DNA of 64,000 nucleotides from Candidatus Cloacimonadales bacterium (GTDB lineage Bacteria > Cloacimonadota > Cloacimonadia > Cloacimonadales > JAIOQZ01). Below, one piece after another: positions 62,457 through 64,000 of this stretch. Every line of letters starts with the position of its first letter. Position 1 is the first letter of the stretch. The stretch is taken from assembly GCA_963674825.1 (NCBI GenBank), contig OY771587.1, forward strand, positions 3,072,001 through 3,136,000, written 5' to 3'. Below the pieces are notes generated by a model. That model worked only from the letters and a program-made list of their open reading frames with translations, did no database searches and was not told the DNA's origin. Both the position numbers and the translations under genes were made by a program.

Positions 62457-63427
62457 TTTTTTTATTCATCCACGATTTGTAGCTAAGGACATTATTGTGA
62501 AGAAAATTATAAAATTTTCTAAAATCCTTTTTGGCTTTCTGTTATCAATTCTGTGCGGTTCATTACTAGACCGTGTTTTTGTGAACAAAATCGAGATATC
62601 AATTGGTCTTTATCTATTTTTTATAGCTTTATTTTTTATGGGGATTTTCATCGTTGTTTTGTGGATTTATAATGATATCCAGAAATACTATCCCAAAACA
62701 AGCTATCGTCAATATACAGATATGGAAGATGGTTACCGCGCCGTAATGGAAAAAGTACGCAACGCAAGAGATAGTATTTATGTATACATTCCATATGTTG
62801 AACAAGATTCTCCTCCACCACATGATCTTCATGAGACACGTGGTAAGCTCATCCAAGAAATCGAGGATCGATTAGAAGTCGCCGTTAAGAAACAGAATGC
62901 TTTCGTCTATTCTAGGTATTTTGGTGTTGAGAATGAGAAGATAAACGAAACATTGGATTATAATCAGTTGAACGATTGCGATAATCGACAGATGGTTATG
63001 CATCTAGTTAGGTGTTATAAGATTTGTAGAGATAGTGCATTCGTCCGGTGTTCTTTTTTCAAGGTAAAGAATTTGGGATCTATTTCTACGATTACCATTG
63101 ATGATAAGTTCATGGGGCGTTATCATGTAAGGCCCAATGAGCACATCGAGAGATATGAAGCGATGGCGATAGAACTATCGGATAACGAAGATGATTTATT
63201 ACTTGTAGCGACGAGCATGCTGATGAAAACTCTTGGGGACTATCAGCATTCAAGAAAAATGACTCCTGAAGAGATTGAAAGATTTTGCTCCCAGATCTAT
63301 TCAGATAAAGATAACAATACCTAATCTCTTCTAGTGAGTTGCTTACTTTATGCGCTAAACAAAATTCTTCTTTGCCTGTATTGATATGGTAATTCTTGCG
63401 GGTTCGAGCCCCGTCATCCGCTCCATT
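62429..63427. mobile_element. Integrase-less genomic islet at tRNA-Gly, bounded by 30-bp direct repeats (62429-62458 and 63398-63427)
   Basis: GCGGGTTCGAGCCCCGTCATCCGCTCCATT occurs twice. The interior is AT-rich: two sampled 60-nt lines were 25% and 33% GC, against 53% in a sampled line of the upstream gene. Confidence 0.8.
62497..63324 (+). CDS. Islet cargo: two N-terminal TMs plus an unknown soluble alpha/beta domain
   Basis: 275 aa; AAGGA RBS before GTG; AT-rich codons. Confidence 0.75.
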   Translation: MKKIIKFSKILFGFLLSILCGSLLDRVFVNKIEISIGLYLFFIALFFMGIFIVVLWIYNDIQKYYPKTSYRQYTDMEDGYRAVMEKVRNARDSIYVYIPYVEQDSPPPHDLHETRGKLIQEIEDRLEVAVKKQNAFVYSRYFGVENEKINETLDYNQLNDCDNRQMVMHLVRCYKICRDSAFVRCSFFKVKNLGSISTITIDDKFMGRYHVRPNEHIERYEAMAIELSDNEDDLLLVATSMLMKTLGDYQHSRKMTPEEIERFCSQIYSDKDNNT

Positions 63428-63448
63428 ATCCTATTTTCCAGCAATGCC

Positions 63449-63476
63449 TTGACATATCGTGAATCAATACGATAAT
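63449..63476 (+). promoter_or_regulatory. Sigma70-like promoter for alr
   Basis: TTGACA-16 nt-GATAAT. Confidence 0.6.
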
Positions 63477-63482
63477 GTCCAT

Positions 63483-64000
63483 ATGACTTGTTATAACGAT
63501 TTATTCGCAACCTCTTTCATTGAATTGAGCCACAGTGCGTTATCAAACAACATCTCCTGGATCAAGCATCTGATCGGGCCGAACGTAGAGCTCTGCTGCG
63601 TGGTCAAAGGTAACGCCTACGGACATGGTATTGAACAATTTGTGCCGCTCGCAGAGCAATGTGGCATTCACACATTTTCCGTATTCAGCGCGCACGAAGC
63701 GTGGCGCGTTTTGAATACCAGCTTCAATGATCCTCGCATTATTATCATGGGTAATTGCGAGAACGAGCAGATCGATTGGGCGATCGAGAATGGTGTAGAA
63801 TTCTATGTGTTCGACCATGAGCGCCTTGGATATGCGATCGAAGCTGGCAAGAAACTCAAGAAGCAGCCGCGTGTCCACGTTCAGGTTGAAACAGGCATGA
63901 ACCGCACCGGTTTTACCCGGCGGGATCTCTCGAAGGTTGCGCAGGCTATCCGCAGTGGTCAGGTACGCTTCGCGGGTTTATGTACGCATCTTGCAGGCGC
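63483..64000 (+). CDS. alr: Alanine racemase; runs off the right edge (3' end missing)
   Basis: Not in the track. Manual translation gives MTCYNDLFATSFIELS...CVVKGNAYGHG (PLP lysine motif)...VHVQVETGMNRTG...THLA. Confidence 0.92.
   Translation, partial: MTCYNDLFATSFIELSHSALSNNISWIKHLIGPNVELCCVVKGNAYGHGIEQFVPLAEQCGIHTFSVFSAHEAWRVLNTSFNDPRIIIMGNCENEQIDWAIENGVEFYVFDHERLGYAIEAGKKLKKQPRVHVQVETGMNRTGFTRRDLSKVAQAIRSGQVRFAGLCTHLAG

Overview
Core-chromosome window of a diderm bacterium of about 50% GC, probably Candidatus Cloacimonadota. This assignment is inferred from the 16S sequence and from three large secreted proteins with FlgD-Ig/T9SS-like C-termini. The window holds one complete rRNA operon (16S, tRNA-Ile, tRNA-Ala, 23S, 5S), plus tRNA-Leu(CAG) and tRNA-Gly(CCC). 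Housekeeping genes are rsmA, aroA, PBP1A, a GlmU-like gene, ricT/yaaT, rlmN, deoC, a tandem-domain thyX, tpiA, serS, lemA and alr. There is also a three-gene phosphorelay, an HD-GYP protein, C25/M14/CotH secreted enzymes and several lipoproteins and outer-membrane barrels. I saw no CRISPR array, transposase, integrase or prophage. The most unusual signals are: (1) a 270-bp cluster of six REP-like palindromes of about five sequence types, arranged three facing three, upstream of tRNA-Leu; (2) a single-gene, AT-rich, integrase-less islet between tRNA-Gly and a perfect 30-bp copy of its 3' end; (3) a lipoprotein gene interrupted by one in-frame TAG with a coding-like continuation; (4) a gingipain-like protein lacking the canonical catalytic His; (5) an EPSP synthase with Ala at the position equivalent to the glyphosate-resistance change G96A; (6) a 5S rRNA enclosed in a long stem followed by a U-tract. 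All calls come from reading by eye; no database searches were run.
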